The notes under the pieces were generated by a model. The model did no database searches and was not told the origin of the DNA. It was given only the letters and a program-made list of their open reading frames with translations. A stretch of 64,000 nucleotides of DNA. Origin: Paragordius varius (lineage: Eukaryota; Animalia; Nematomorpha). The position numbers and the translations under genes are program-made. The stretch spans positions 12,834,001-12,898,000 of the forward strand of contig OZ176051.1 in assembly GCA_964247055.1 (NCBI GenBank), in the 5' to 3' direction. This document shows positions 50,929-63,363 of this stretch, piece by piece. The first letter of the stretch is position 1, and each line of letters begins with the position of its first letter.

Positions 50929-53690
50929 CCTATTTCTTAATTGGTTCAACGATGATTTCATTGTAAAGTAATAGTTTTCGGGAGTGAGATTTTTTAAGCT
51001 TCTCTCCAGAATGTTTTTTCTGCAAAGCTAATCGTAACATTTTGGCATTTTTCTAAATTGAGTTGTGAGGTCCATGTATTTTCCGACCACTCTGGAGGAG
51101 TAGTAGTATCTTTTTCATCTACTAATTAGTAATTTATAACACAGCATGCAGTGATTTAAACACTCAATGGCATATCAAATTTTATAAACTCTTTAGGTCA
51201 TATTCATTGATATAAGTAAATAAACAAGATCTTGCCGTATAAAAAAGACATATTATTATTAACAATTATATTAAATATTTATCTCAAATAGGAGACACAT
51301 GGCTGGTGGCCTATACCCTAAAAAGCGTAGGTAACTTGCATTTCAAAAAGGTGAAAATCAATATTATCAAATAAAAAAACTATGAGTGTCATTTAATAAC
51401 CTAAGTTAAATAGAAAAATTTTAATTAAAAAACTTTTAGGATTGTGACTAAGAAAAGCGATATATGTTCTCCGTGCCACTGCAAATCGGTCGGAATCTTT
51501 AATTGATATAACAACCATTCATCGTAAAAATAAAGCTAACTAAAATTCAACAATATACGTTTTAGAGAAATAATATCAATAATTGATGCAAAAAAAGTGG
51601 TATGCTAACGGGATCCTTTACTTTAATTATAATAAAATATATTTTCTTGAATTGTCAATAAAATAAAGTATAGCTATTTAACTTGATATAAGTGGATATG
51701 ATTAATGGCAATATTTACTTACATAAGTTACTTAATATATCGTTTGCACTTCAAAAGTCTCCTTTAATATTATAAGTTGGCTCCCGAACGTTTCAACACT
51801 TGCTTATAACTATAATTTTTTTATATATTTATTATTTTAACGTAATATTATTACATATATGCTCATTTAAAATTTACATTTTCATTCTGAAAACATTTTC
51901 GTTTCACTATATTAACAATATTTTAATTCTATTTATGTTGTACCCAAAATTAATAACGGAGAAAAATTTTATATTTATTAGGTTATAATACCTTATTATT
52001 TTAAAATAACTTTTAAAATAAAGCAACTGTTTTTGAATGAAGAGTTGATAATGAAATAATAGATTATATGATGGGTTAGATGTATGGCTCATAGTTTGAT
52101 GATAATTATAAACAAAATAAAATGCTCAAGGACCAAATAGAAGTCTTATAGGACGAACTTGAAGTGTTAAAGAACACTCTTGAAGTGAAAATAATATATA
52201 TCGTTTTTTTAATTAAAAGTTAAAAGGATAATGTAAAATATATCTCTATAGATATATACTTTTTTGTTTTTTGTAAAGAGTTATTTTATGGCACATTGCA
52301 TTGCAATATATTGTTAGTTATATAAAACAGATTTGCGTTTAAAAATATTTTCCTACACGGTTTGAGATCAATGTAGGTAAAACTTAATTTAAATTAATGT
52401 AAGAAGAAGCATTTTTAATAAATCATAAAGCTACCTGTTTATAGTCAAATCCATTTCCAACACCTTTATTTTGTTCTCAGGAACTTTTATGTTTGCTGAA
52501 TATATGGGTCAGCTGTGATGTTCCCCTAAACGGCGCAAAAATCCCCGGACAAACATATAGCTCCACCAAACATGTGATCGGCATTTACCTCTAACCAATG
52601 CTTTTGTGTGTATTCAAAGCGTTGATAATTGGCCCAAAAACTGTTTCCGCGGCCATTAACCTATAAATTAGAATTTTTTTACCCTCCCAAACATACCGCC
52701 GGGTTTTCGATTGCTAATCAAAAAATTACCTAGGGCATTAAGAGTTTCTGGAAGGAAACATATATCACCATCTATCATTACCATGACACATTTAATAATA
52801 TCGAATTAGACTATTAAAGCCTTGTCATTGGAATTTTTCCCCAAATAATCCAAAATGTAATCCATGTATAAAATCTAATAAAACAGGGATATTGGGGTTG
52901 GGCGTCTCATCGGTCATATAATAACCGGTTCGATTGGCGGTAAATATACTTCAAGGTGATAACTAGTCAAACAAATTTTAAATATAAGTTAAACCAAAAA
53001 ACCGTTCTACTTCTTTCAATAATCCATAATAAATTACGCATTCACGCTTTATTCAACATAAAATATGAGCAAACATTTTAAAAATTTATATTTATAATCG
53101 GGATTTAAACAATATAGATTTTCATTTTATTAAATGCGCGTTTCTTTATCAATTAAATCAAAGATAAAATCAAGATTTATAAATGAGAATTCAAAAAAAT
53201 GGTAAATACAACCCAAATTACCGTTCGTCACTTAAATAGGTTCAATTATATGTTTATTCTATAATAGGGGTTTGGATTTCCAAATAATAAAATTTAAAAT
53301 AATTTAATAAAAGTATGAAATATAGGTAAAAACTTCATTGCAAAAACAGTTGTTAAGGATGGAAATGATTGAACCATTTATTTATAGATTCCACATTACC
53401 GTATAGGGCTTATAGGTTTAAATGAAAAAAAAAATAGTTTTCTTTAATATCAAAATTTACTTACTCCATCTTTTCCGAACTTTTATGTAAGAATTATGTT
53501 TAAAGTGAAAAACCAATCGTGTTTTAGATGGCAAATACCAGATTGATCGACCTCCATATGGAGTATTTTCTCAAATCTTTGGATGATTGACATCATATAC
53601 AAGTTTTTCAATATGTTTAGTTGGTAAAATATGATGACACAACAAATTTTGTACACAATCAATAAATTTTTCCGCATATTCGTTGATAAA
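50929..53690 (-). pseudogene. CHS: Chitin synthase pseudogene, copy 2
   Basis: NEYAEKFIDCV...HPKI*ENTPYGGRSIWYLPSKTRLVFHFKHNSYIKVRKRWS (53690-53463); ILYMDYILDYLGKNSNDKALIV*FDIIKCVMVMIDGDICF (from 52874); 22-nt intron 52661-52682; VNGRGNSFWANYQRFEYTQKHWLEVNADHMFGGAICLSGDFCAV*. A C-terminal exon ~51120-50929 reads ISFAEKTFWRE/..SSLNQLRNR|gtaagt (cf. EKQFW..L...L.ELRN). Nucleotide-homologous to copy 1 over ~52340-53720. Confidence 0.8.
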
Positions 53691-54639
53691 ATAAAATGTA
53701 TATTCACAAAATTTAAATAAATGGTTAAATTCATTTATAGGACTTCGAATTCGAAAAAAAGGAATACCGGAATAGTTCCTGAACGGTTCAATAATTTCAA
53801 AATGAAACCGGGGTGATTGCAAGTGGGCAGAAACCGTGGTTCCTTTAGATATAAACGGTCCTTAACCGGTTTTGTACATTTGGAACAGGTAATTTGGGTC
53901 CTGGATATTCATTTAATGGTTGTCATTACGTTGTCATTATAATATAAACCAAAATATTGACAACTCCAAATCAAAACATAATTAATCAAAAAATTAAATA
54001 GCCAAATAGATAAGTATAAAGGTAGATAATAAGTGTATCTGTATTAATTATCGCATCTATGGAGGAAATTTTTATTTGATTAAAAATGATTAACTAAGCA
54101 ATTCAGTCGTTAGACTACTTCTCAGACCTTTAAATATAATTTTTAGCGTAAAAAACGCTTTATATTTATTTGAGCCTAATATGTACCGTCTAACCTTACA
54201 TGTTAAATTTCTATTATTTTTTCAAAATCTGTGGCCAAAAAAAATTTGAGGGCCTCATGCAGTTCGTGGGCCGCCGTTTAAATACCACTGATATAGTGTG
54301 GCTCATTTTTTTCTGTTATTTGATTATGGACGCTATAGTTGTAGGTTTTTACCAGATTCATTAATTAATAATGTATAAGTTCTTACCCTATAGATTAAAA
54401 AATCCATAACATTATGTCTGTGATTCTCTTTTAGTGTTAATTATTATTTCAAAAAAACTCGACATGGTAATTCCATTTCGATCGTATACGAGAAAAAATT
54501 TCATATGATTAACTATAAAATAATCTTTAGGCAATATAAAATTTTGATGGAAAACTAAAAAAATGTATTAAACAATGGATAGTAAATATTTTAAACAAAA
54601 AATTTTTATTATCAAAAATAAAACCATATGGAAACCACT

Positions 54640-54840
54640 TTTTTAAAGGTGAAACTGGAACCGAACTAATTCCATGACGGTTGGAACCGAAAGAGGGCTG
54701 GTGGATTTTAAAATGAAACCGGGGTAGTTGAAATTTTAAAGCCGGAACCGGGTTGGTTCTAATCTAATGGAACCGGCGCCTGCTAAATCTCTTGAACCGG
54801 GTTCCGTTTTTGTATGGTTTTGCTTCTGGTTTGAACCTCT
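54640..54840. repeat. Cluster of (G)AACCG(G) subterminal-type motifs; probable hAT MITE end (related patch 53755-53880)
   Basis: About eight GGAACCG/AACCGG/CGGTT motifs ending in GGTTTGAACCTCTG. AAAATGAAACCGGGGT is shared with 53800. Confidence 0.45.
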
Positions 54841-57387
54841 GTAAATACATAATAGCCCTTATCTATGAGTCAAGACAAAATAATTACTTCAACATTATAA
54901 TAATCAAATGCATCATCCAAAACTACGTGGTATTCATAAAAAATTTTCCCATTTATTTTAAGATTTTTTAGGTCTGTTCTACAAATTTTAAATTCAACCT
55001 TAAATCATATATTATGATGGAATCAACGAGTTGTTCCATTTCAGTTTGATTTTCATGCCACGTGGTTACACATACAAACACATTATAATTATTATAAAGT
55101 GGAATGCATCCCTGACAATATACAGGGCCCTAAAAATATTAAGAATCAAGTTCGAGTGAGTGACTATACACTATTTGATTATGTATGTACAGCCACCCTA
55201 CTTAGTTATCTCATGTTTTTAAAAAGGCTTGAAATAGGCAATATATCTTTGATGGAATAGTCTTATTAATTAAATTTATGCAGAGATTATATTTGTATTC
55301 CTTTTCAATAAAGTTGTAATTGGAATAAAAAAGGAATTTTTTATTTAATTCCAAGTGTAGAAATTTAAGCCGTATCGATATTATGAAACATCAAAATTAA
55401 ATAGTTTTGAAACATCTAACATTCGCTTCAGGAAAATTTGCTACCCATTTATTTTAAAAATGGCTCTCAATTTAAAAATAAATTTACCAAAAAATACGGC
55501 CGCGAGACTTTTAGATCTTTAAAATAAATTTAAAAATTTGTTTGGATTTTAAATAAGATATTAAATACCATTGTGACAATTAGCAAAAAATTTGTTATAG
55601 TGTGATACGATCTTTTGGGGATATTTAATATAATTATTTTAATTAGTCGGAACCCCTATTTGCGTAACCACATCTCTTAAAACATTATTAACAGGATATT
55701 TTTATTCTGTATTACTGACAAAATCTTGCCGCTCGCAGATTATTGTGTTCTAAACAAATAATCTGAAAAAGAATATGCTTGCTTATAATTTTTTTACATT
55801 TAATAACTTTCAAAAAAGAATATACCTTTGTGTTTTGGTTTTTGGTTTGCCTCGATTTATTTTTAAATGTAAAATGAGTATTTTCCACAATCTTAAAACA
55901 TTAGCCATTATGAAGGAATAAATGTTTAAATTTAAAAAGTTTATAAGTTTCCACCACAAATTCCGATTAAGAGTTTTCATAACCACTAAAGATCGTGAGA
56001 TTTTTGAGTTGGGATTCTGCCGTAAATTATGCTGATGTAGGAATATTGTGTTTTGTATATTTAGTTCAGAACTTTTGGTGATAATTAAATATAAATATAT
56101 TTTACTGTTATTGTTTAACTAACAATTAAAGGTTTGTTTATGCACATTCGCTTCTTTATTGAGGACTTAAACATCATTTATTAATCTAAAGAAAAAGGAC
56201 CGCTATCACAGTAAAATATTATAAATTACCATTTGGAATTAACAATGTTTAATGTTTGTATACTAAAAACTATATGCAGAGTGTATTGTGATCTACAATC
56301 CTGTTACTGCAATAATATGATTCTTCAGCAAATGCAACAACTTTTCAAGCAAACGCAACATATTTTGAGCAAAGGCAACAGAAAAAATGTTGCGTTTGCT
56401 TGGAAAAAATGTTAATTTTGACTGAAAAATGGTATATTTGATAAATGGACTAGATTATTATGAATTTTTGCAATATGGTGTTAAAGGTCGCATCTTACTG
56501 TGACATATTGTTCTGAGCACAATTATGATCTCTAATATGGTTCAAAGTTTTCTAGGAATTACAATCTTTTTTATACAAATCAAATTGTTTACTATCAAAA
56601 ATATATCAAATATTTTGCTCTGAATAAGTTTTATTTTAGAAATACTAGGTTTAAAATCACACTATTCGATTAATAAACAGATTATAACATATCATACAAC
56701 TCTTGCTCCGTAAAAGTTACTCTGGGTATAATTAAAAAATTCGGTGTGGCTGGTACATTCAGTGGTTTATAAAATAAATTTTATCGGGTAAACGGTTGAA
56801 ATTTTAGTTTATCCTATACATAAAATATCAATGCAAAATATATTCAATCTTTATTTTTATCTCCAGAAGTTTTAAAGTTCATAAAGCTTTAATTCTAAAA
56901 CCGAGTTTGGACGTTAATTTTAAAAATGAAATTGTTAGACTAATCTATATTTTTTTGATCCTTTTGAAACTAACGATAACAGACCCAACCAAACAGCCTA
57001 TTTCAAAAAGCAAAGTAAATCCTTATCCTAACTCTCCAGGATAATAGATATTAGAATGACCACATTTTCAACTCAACAATTCCGGAAAAAACAACAATAT
57101 GATGAATAAACAATTTTTTCCTTTCTTTTTTCCATACGTGTTGCGAATTACAAAACTATACTGTGAAATAAGCAACCATTAAAATGCATACTGTATTATC
57201 ACTGTGTGCAAAAAATTTTTAACAAAATAATTTTTTTATGAGATAGCTTACGACAAAAATTTTTTATTTGTTGACGACCTGGTTTTTGAAATATTAAGAT
57301 AAAATCGAAATCGGGCAAAAATGAAAGTTAAGGAGAAATAAGATATTCAAAAAATAATGATAAAATTTGAGATATTATGGTAAATTA

Positions 57388-60300
57388 CACTGTGACACAA
57401 CTTTTTCTGAACTCGATTTTTTAAATATTTTCTGATTCCTTATAGTATTGTGATCAGATTTGCGTAAAAAAATTTTTTACTTACCCAGCTCGTTTTCGAG
57501 ATATGGGACTTTTTCCATATTTGGACATATCCAAAATTTTCTTGTTTGTAAATATTTTTCGCTATGTAAACAAATAATATGTGGCTTACATAAGTATTTT
57601 TACAAGAAATTACCAATTTATCTTAAAATAAAAAAAAATTTGCTCAAAATATCCAATACTTTTTGTTTTAGGGGGCAAAAACCCTCAAAAATTGGGTAAC
57701 TTAACATTTTTTCACACAAATATTTTTTATCAATTTATTAAATCAAAACAAACTTTATTACATGTTCTTGGATGTTAATAATGTTTGTTTAAGTATAAAT
57801 ATCACTTTGTAATAGCTTTGTGGACTTTTATTTTAAAAAGTAAATTTAATTTTTACATCTTTTTTGCTGTTTTTTTATGTAAAAAATGATTTAATTTACT
57901 CAGCTGTAAATATTAATTTCATTTTTTCATCTGAAATTTTTAAATTTTTACCATATATGATGTCAGATATGTTGATTCGTTAGCTTCATTTTTAAATATG
58001 TTAAAAAATATGAAATGGACAGTAATGATTCTTATATAAATTTGTGATTGAATTCTGAATCGGAAAAATCGTCTGCCTTTTGAATAAGAAAAGAACACAC
58101 CTTGATACCATCAAATACATTTTATATATATATACTTTAGGGATATGGATGATTCCCTCTTTATCAAGAGTGCAATCTAAAGAAGCTTATTACCCTGATG
58201 AAGTTTTTCGATACTCGGAAATGAATTCTTTCTTAATAAAAGTTGAGTCACCCATAAAATTTTAGTTGTTTAGGGGAACAGTACGTATGCCACAGGAAAA
58301 TCAAAGATAAGTACCCTCATATACTAAATTATATTTTTAATAATATTTTAACCATATATTCTTATAAATTTTATTTGGGTTATCGTCTCTTCGGTTAAAT
58401 TATTGTTTTTTGTCGTTAATGTTTTATTTAATTTAAACCATTGTCGCTTATCAACAACTCTAATCAAACCTTTGTTTTTTGCTGATATGTGTTTATTTTT
58501 GAGCATAAATTTAAGTTAATGATGTTTTACCCCAGCCTGTTGGGATCTAAATTTAACTGATTGGTTTATTCTACCTAGGCATCGCCCAAGTATTTAAAAT
58601 TATTTACCAATTCGATTTTGGCGTCTGCCATATAAAAGTATTTTATTGATTTCTTTACATTCTTATAAAAACAGTATATCGATTTGCTGGTAGTTATATT
58701 ACCATGACAAAGTACACAATCGCAACAATTTGTATATCACATCAGCTAATAAATTAGCTTTCAATATGGACGACTGTGCAGAGAAAATTGGAGAATATGC
58801 CATATCTTATCAAAAACGTTTAAATAAAATATAATACCATTAATAAATGATTTCATATACATTGAACTATATGCAAATCCTAATTATAATCAGTTATTAG
58901 AGTCAATATTTAGAATATATTTTGATCAAAAAATTTTAAGACACGGATAATCTAATCTAGACTTTAAATAAAGTAAATTAGGTGTAGAAAAAATAAAATA
59001 ATAATTTATTTATTCATATAAATATATATATATATAATCGCAAATTAAATTTATATTGTTTCGATAGGTTTTTTCGAAGGGTTTCAAAAGTTGATGACTT
59101 TTTTCTCCTCTTTGGTCACTAATTGCATCTTTTGGAAAAAAACATAGATGGGAATCCACCATATGGAGCTTTAGACTCATGCGGCAGCCTATAGGATAAA
59201 AATTAATATAAATGTTTTAAAAACAAATGTATTATAATATACATACCCATCCTATCGAAAGAATCGATTAAACGATTGTCTAATTCCACGTATTTGTTAT
59301 TTAATATTTCCCAAAAAATTTTGAGAAAAAGTTCGCAATGCAACCCATGCCGCTTTTTCTTTGGGTTGAATTTTAGATTCAAATGCACCATCATTGAAAA
59401 GATTCGTAACCTAAAATTAAATGTATAATACCTGCGGCCCTATTAAAACTGCGGCGTTAATTTTGGCAGGCGTCATCCTGAACTTCCTGAAGTAATGGGC
59501 CAAAGCTTCGCCATTTTTATCAAGACTGCACAAAAATGTTTTGGTCAATCCAAGCAGCGTGTGCAATGGCGGCAAAACAAATTTGTTAGCCGATATTAAT
59601 GGAGTATATGTCTGATTCTTGGGCCCAACTTCATAAGTTCTTACGGGCCAATTTTTTTGTGTGTAGTGTTTCTCGGTGTCAGCGAGTCCCACTCACACAA
59701 AGGGCAAAAAAAATTTGGGAAATCCTTTCTGTATACCGTAGAGCAGTCCCATGACCTATTAAAATATTAGAATTTTAAGAACTTTATAATCCCCTGTTAC
59801 ATGATAATGATTGTATCGCAGTAGTTCCAAAATGTTTTCGAAAATATCATAAGCCTCCCTATAAACACGGCTGAATGCGATTAATATTGGCCTGTGCTCT
59901 CCGGCACGGTCCAATAAAAATGCCTTCAAAACTTTCCTAAAGATGTAAAAAATTATATACCTGAGAAGCGTCTAGAAATAATACCCATCATGATGAATCA
60001 TATGGATAATTCATTTCCTTCATTAAGCCAATCACATCTGACACCAAGATAAATAACTGTTTTCGGTAAAATATTTTCGGAAATTTATTCCTCTATTCCG
60101 AAAACTAGTTATGTTGATGTCAGTTAAATTCTTTCGATTAAGAGTCCTCACCATAAGTTCGGACGACCTAATATAATAATATATTAAAAAAATGTTTGGC
60201 TTATTCAGAGATAAATACAAAATTTAACTTATATATTTAACGCATTTCACCTTAAGTAAATTAAAATAAATTATAAAATGCGTAAATCTATTATTTTTTC

Positions 60301-62081
60301 TAAAAATACTGTTTTGACAGATGCAATTTTTTGATTAGGGATATCACCTCAGTGCCACTTAATTTATTAGTGTCCTTTATATCTTGATGATAAAATTACA
60401 AATCAGTATCATCCATCATATCAAATAAATTGATATGAATGGTTGGAGATGAAGGTACGGGAAGGTCAATGGAATGATAAACAGGACGAATTGCACAGGA
60501 AAAGTTTGGATATTCGATAGGTTTTTTGTTTTTTTTGGTAATGTTAATAAGAAATGGTTTTGGAAATGCACAAAAGTAACATTCAGAATGAGATTTTGCC
60601 TCTCGCCATATCATAGGGATACCCCAAGGGAGTCCAGGTCCGGTTTTGTGGTATCATGCTCCTAAACTAATGCTACATGTCCGAGATACGGTGTTCGGGG
60701 CCCAAATCTAGGTTCCCCATAATATAAAAAAATAGTTTTTTATTTAAGTGGTAATGTTTATACTATTAGTTTTTTTGTGTATTGTCCACATATATGGCAA
60801 ACAATGATTTTATCCATCCTAAATTTATAAATATATATATACTTGGGTATTAATTATATTTTTTGTACATTTTGGGTATATAATAATATATTCTTGATGA
60901 AAAAACTGATATGGAGTATATTTAACACTTGGATACAACACACTCATTTTTGTCCTTCGATTCAAAGGGTAGTTGGATACCCCAGACCTGTTTAAAACCA
61001 AATACTTTAAAAAGTATGGAAGGAATCGAAACCATGGCAAAGTTTTGCACTTATATAACATTAATAAACCAAAATATACAAAAGATTTTATTCAAAAATA
61101 CGTGATCTTACTTATTTTAAGTTAAAACCGAAAGGTGAAAATTTCGTCAACGTGGCATGTGTCAAATTGTAAAATTGAAAAATTATACAAACAACACCGC
61201 TTTTTTTATTTCTATCAATGTTAGATGTAATTTATATAAGAAATTAGCTTTAGTTTTACCCTTATTAAATAAAGACGATATTTTGCAAAAATTTTGTAAA
61301 ATAAAAATGGCGTCGAAGTAGTTTGAGATGGACCTTTATTTTCAAAACAAAATTTTGTCAAGATATTTTGGCATCTTTATATAATATTTATCAGGATAGA
61401 AGCATAAATTTAAATTGGGACCGTTTCCTTCAATACTTTTTAAAAATATTAATTTAAATTTAGCATGGGGTATTTAGATACCCCAATTTGATCGAAGTGT
61501 TAAGTGTGGGAAATATTTAAAAATATCATATGTAATAAAGAATATATTATATGCAGCTGAGTAAAATTTAGCTTTTTTTACATAAAAAAAACAGCAAAAA
61601 AGATGTAAAAATTAAATTTATTTTTTAAAATAAAAGTCCACAAAGCTATTACAAAGTGTTATTTATACTAAAACAAACATTATTAACATCCAAGAACATA
61701 TAATAAAGTTTGTTTTGATTTACTAAATTGATAAAAATTATTTGTGTGAAATGTTAAGTTACCCAATTTTTGAGGGTTTTTGCCCCCTAAAACAAAAAGT
61801 ATTGGATATTTTGAGTAAATTTTTTTTTATTTTGAAGATAAATTGGTAATTTCTTGTAAAAATACTTATTTAAGCCACATATTATTTGTTTATATAGCGA
61901 AAAATATTTACAAACAAGAAAATTTTGGATATGTCCAAATATGGAAAAAGTCCCATATCTCGAAAACGAGCAGGGTAAGTAAAAAAATTTTTAGGCAAAT
62001 CTGATCACAATACTATAAGGAATCAGAATATATTTAGTAAATTGAGTCCAGAAAATTGACCCCATTATTTGTTGCACAGTG
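57388..62081 (-). mobile_element. Chapaev3-type (CMC superfamily) DNA transposon with ~520-bp TIRs
   Basis: CACTGTG...CACAGTG termini flanked by TTA on both sides. 57388-~57906 is the reverse complement of ~61554-62081 (roughly mid-90s % identity by eye). Encloses a decayed Chapaev3-like transposase. Confidence 0.8.
59050..60817 (-). pseudogene. Chapaev3-like transposase, disrupted
   Basis: In order: MDKIIVCHICGQYT...WAPNTVSRTC...GIPMIWREAKSHSECYFC...IEYPNFSCAIRPVYHSIDLPVP, then VLPPLHTLLGLTKTFLCSLDKNGE...AKINAAVLIGPQ and ELDNRLIDSFDRMG. This matches the C..CG, WAP..VC..C, PM.WREP..H..DCYFC, YP...SA.RPVPH and PPLHIKLGL motifs recalled for Chapaev3 transposases. Stops and frameshifts present. 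Confidence 0.8.
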
Positions 62082-63324
62082 TTATCATTGTAGATATTTT
62101 TAATATATAGATAAGCTAAAATCATATAGTTAGGGTTTCTATAAAATCTCAACTCAAATGGCGTTTCTCTTTTAACACACTTAAAATACAAATTTTTTTT
62201 ATAAAATTATAAAATAATTTTTTTAAATTATTTACTAGCTAAACTCACTATTAAAATCTTAACATTCATTTTTTATTCAGTAAAAAAACTTATTTATCAA
62301 AATAAAATCAAAAATATTGCTTTTATTTTTCCATTTTTTGTCATCTGTTTTATGAGTGTATAAAACATTCATACTGTTTTATTTTGGAATCCTACATGAG
62401 TGGGAATTATAAAGTATGTGATTTATGCAAAATAGGATAAAAAGTATTGGAATATCACCAACAATCCGTACAGATCCCAATAAAAATATTAATTTGTCTT
62501 GAAACAGATTTGTTACAAGGATTTTAAGAATTTTTGGTTGATATTCCACTACTTTTAAATCCTATTTTGCATAAATTATATGGTTTATAATTCCCACTCA
62601 TGTAAGATTCCAAAATAAAACAATATAAATTTTTTATACACTCATAAACCAGATGACAAAAAAATAAAAAGCAATATTTTTGGTTTTTATTTTAATCTAA
62701 AATGTTAAGATTTTAATAGTGAGTTTAGCTAATAAATAATTAAAAAAAATATTTTTGTATAATTTCATAAAAAAAATTTTTTTTTAAGTGTGTTAAAACA
62801 AAAACGCCATCACTTGAGCTGAGATTTTATAGAAACCCTCACTATTTTATTTTAGGCTATTTTGAAATTATCTCCTAAAATGATAATAACCCTTATATCT
62901 CATATTTTATCATTATTTTTTATCCTTAATTATCCTTAATTTTAACTTTTTTCCGATTTTGATTTTCTCCTATTTCAAGAATTAGGTCGTCAACAAATAA
63001 AAAATCTTGAGGCAAATGAATTCCTGGTCATAAGCTATATCACAAAAAAAATTTGTTAAAAAATTAACTCACTTTTTTGCACACAGTGTTATGACTCGTT
63101 ATTTTGATAAACGCACCTTAATATGATAATTACTTTGCCAATAGTATTTTAAATCGATCAAAATTTTTACCTTATGATGAATAGTTTTTCGGATTGAACT
63201 TAGACATTAACACCTAAAAAATAATTTAAAAAGGAAAATATATTGCATTTAGCATTTTTGCTAAGATTTTTGATATAAAGTATTTTACCAAATAAAATTG
63301 ATTTTATTTTCTATTTTTTTCTCA

Positions 63325-63363
63325 GGCTGAAAAGTCACGGAGGGCGGCATGTTGTACACCCCT
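63325..63363. mobile_element. Solo hAT MITE terminus
   Basis: GGGCGGCATGTTGTACACCCCTG is the reverse complement of a CAGGGGTG... end; a related decayed motif lies at ~19365. Confidence 0.4.

Larger units (their letters stand above)
57200..63088. mobile_element. Outer foldback (long-TIR, non-autonomous) element, interrupted by the inner Chapaev3-type insertion
   Basis: Perfect termini CACTGTGTGCAAAAAA / TTTTTTGCACACAGTG, flanked by TTAT on both sides. Removing 57388-62081 leaves a ~1.2-kb palindrome: 57200-57387 pairs with ~62880-63088, and 62131-62465 pairs with 62534-62839. Confidence 0.75.
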
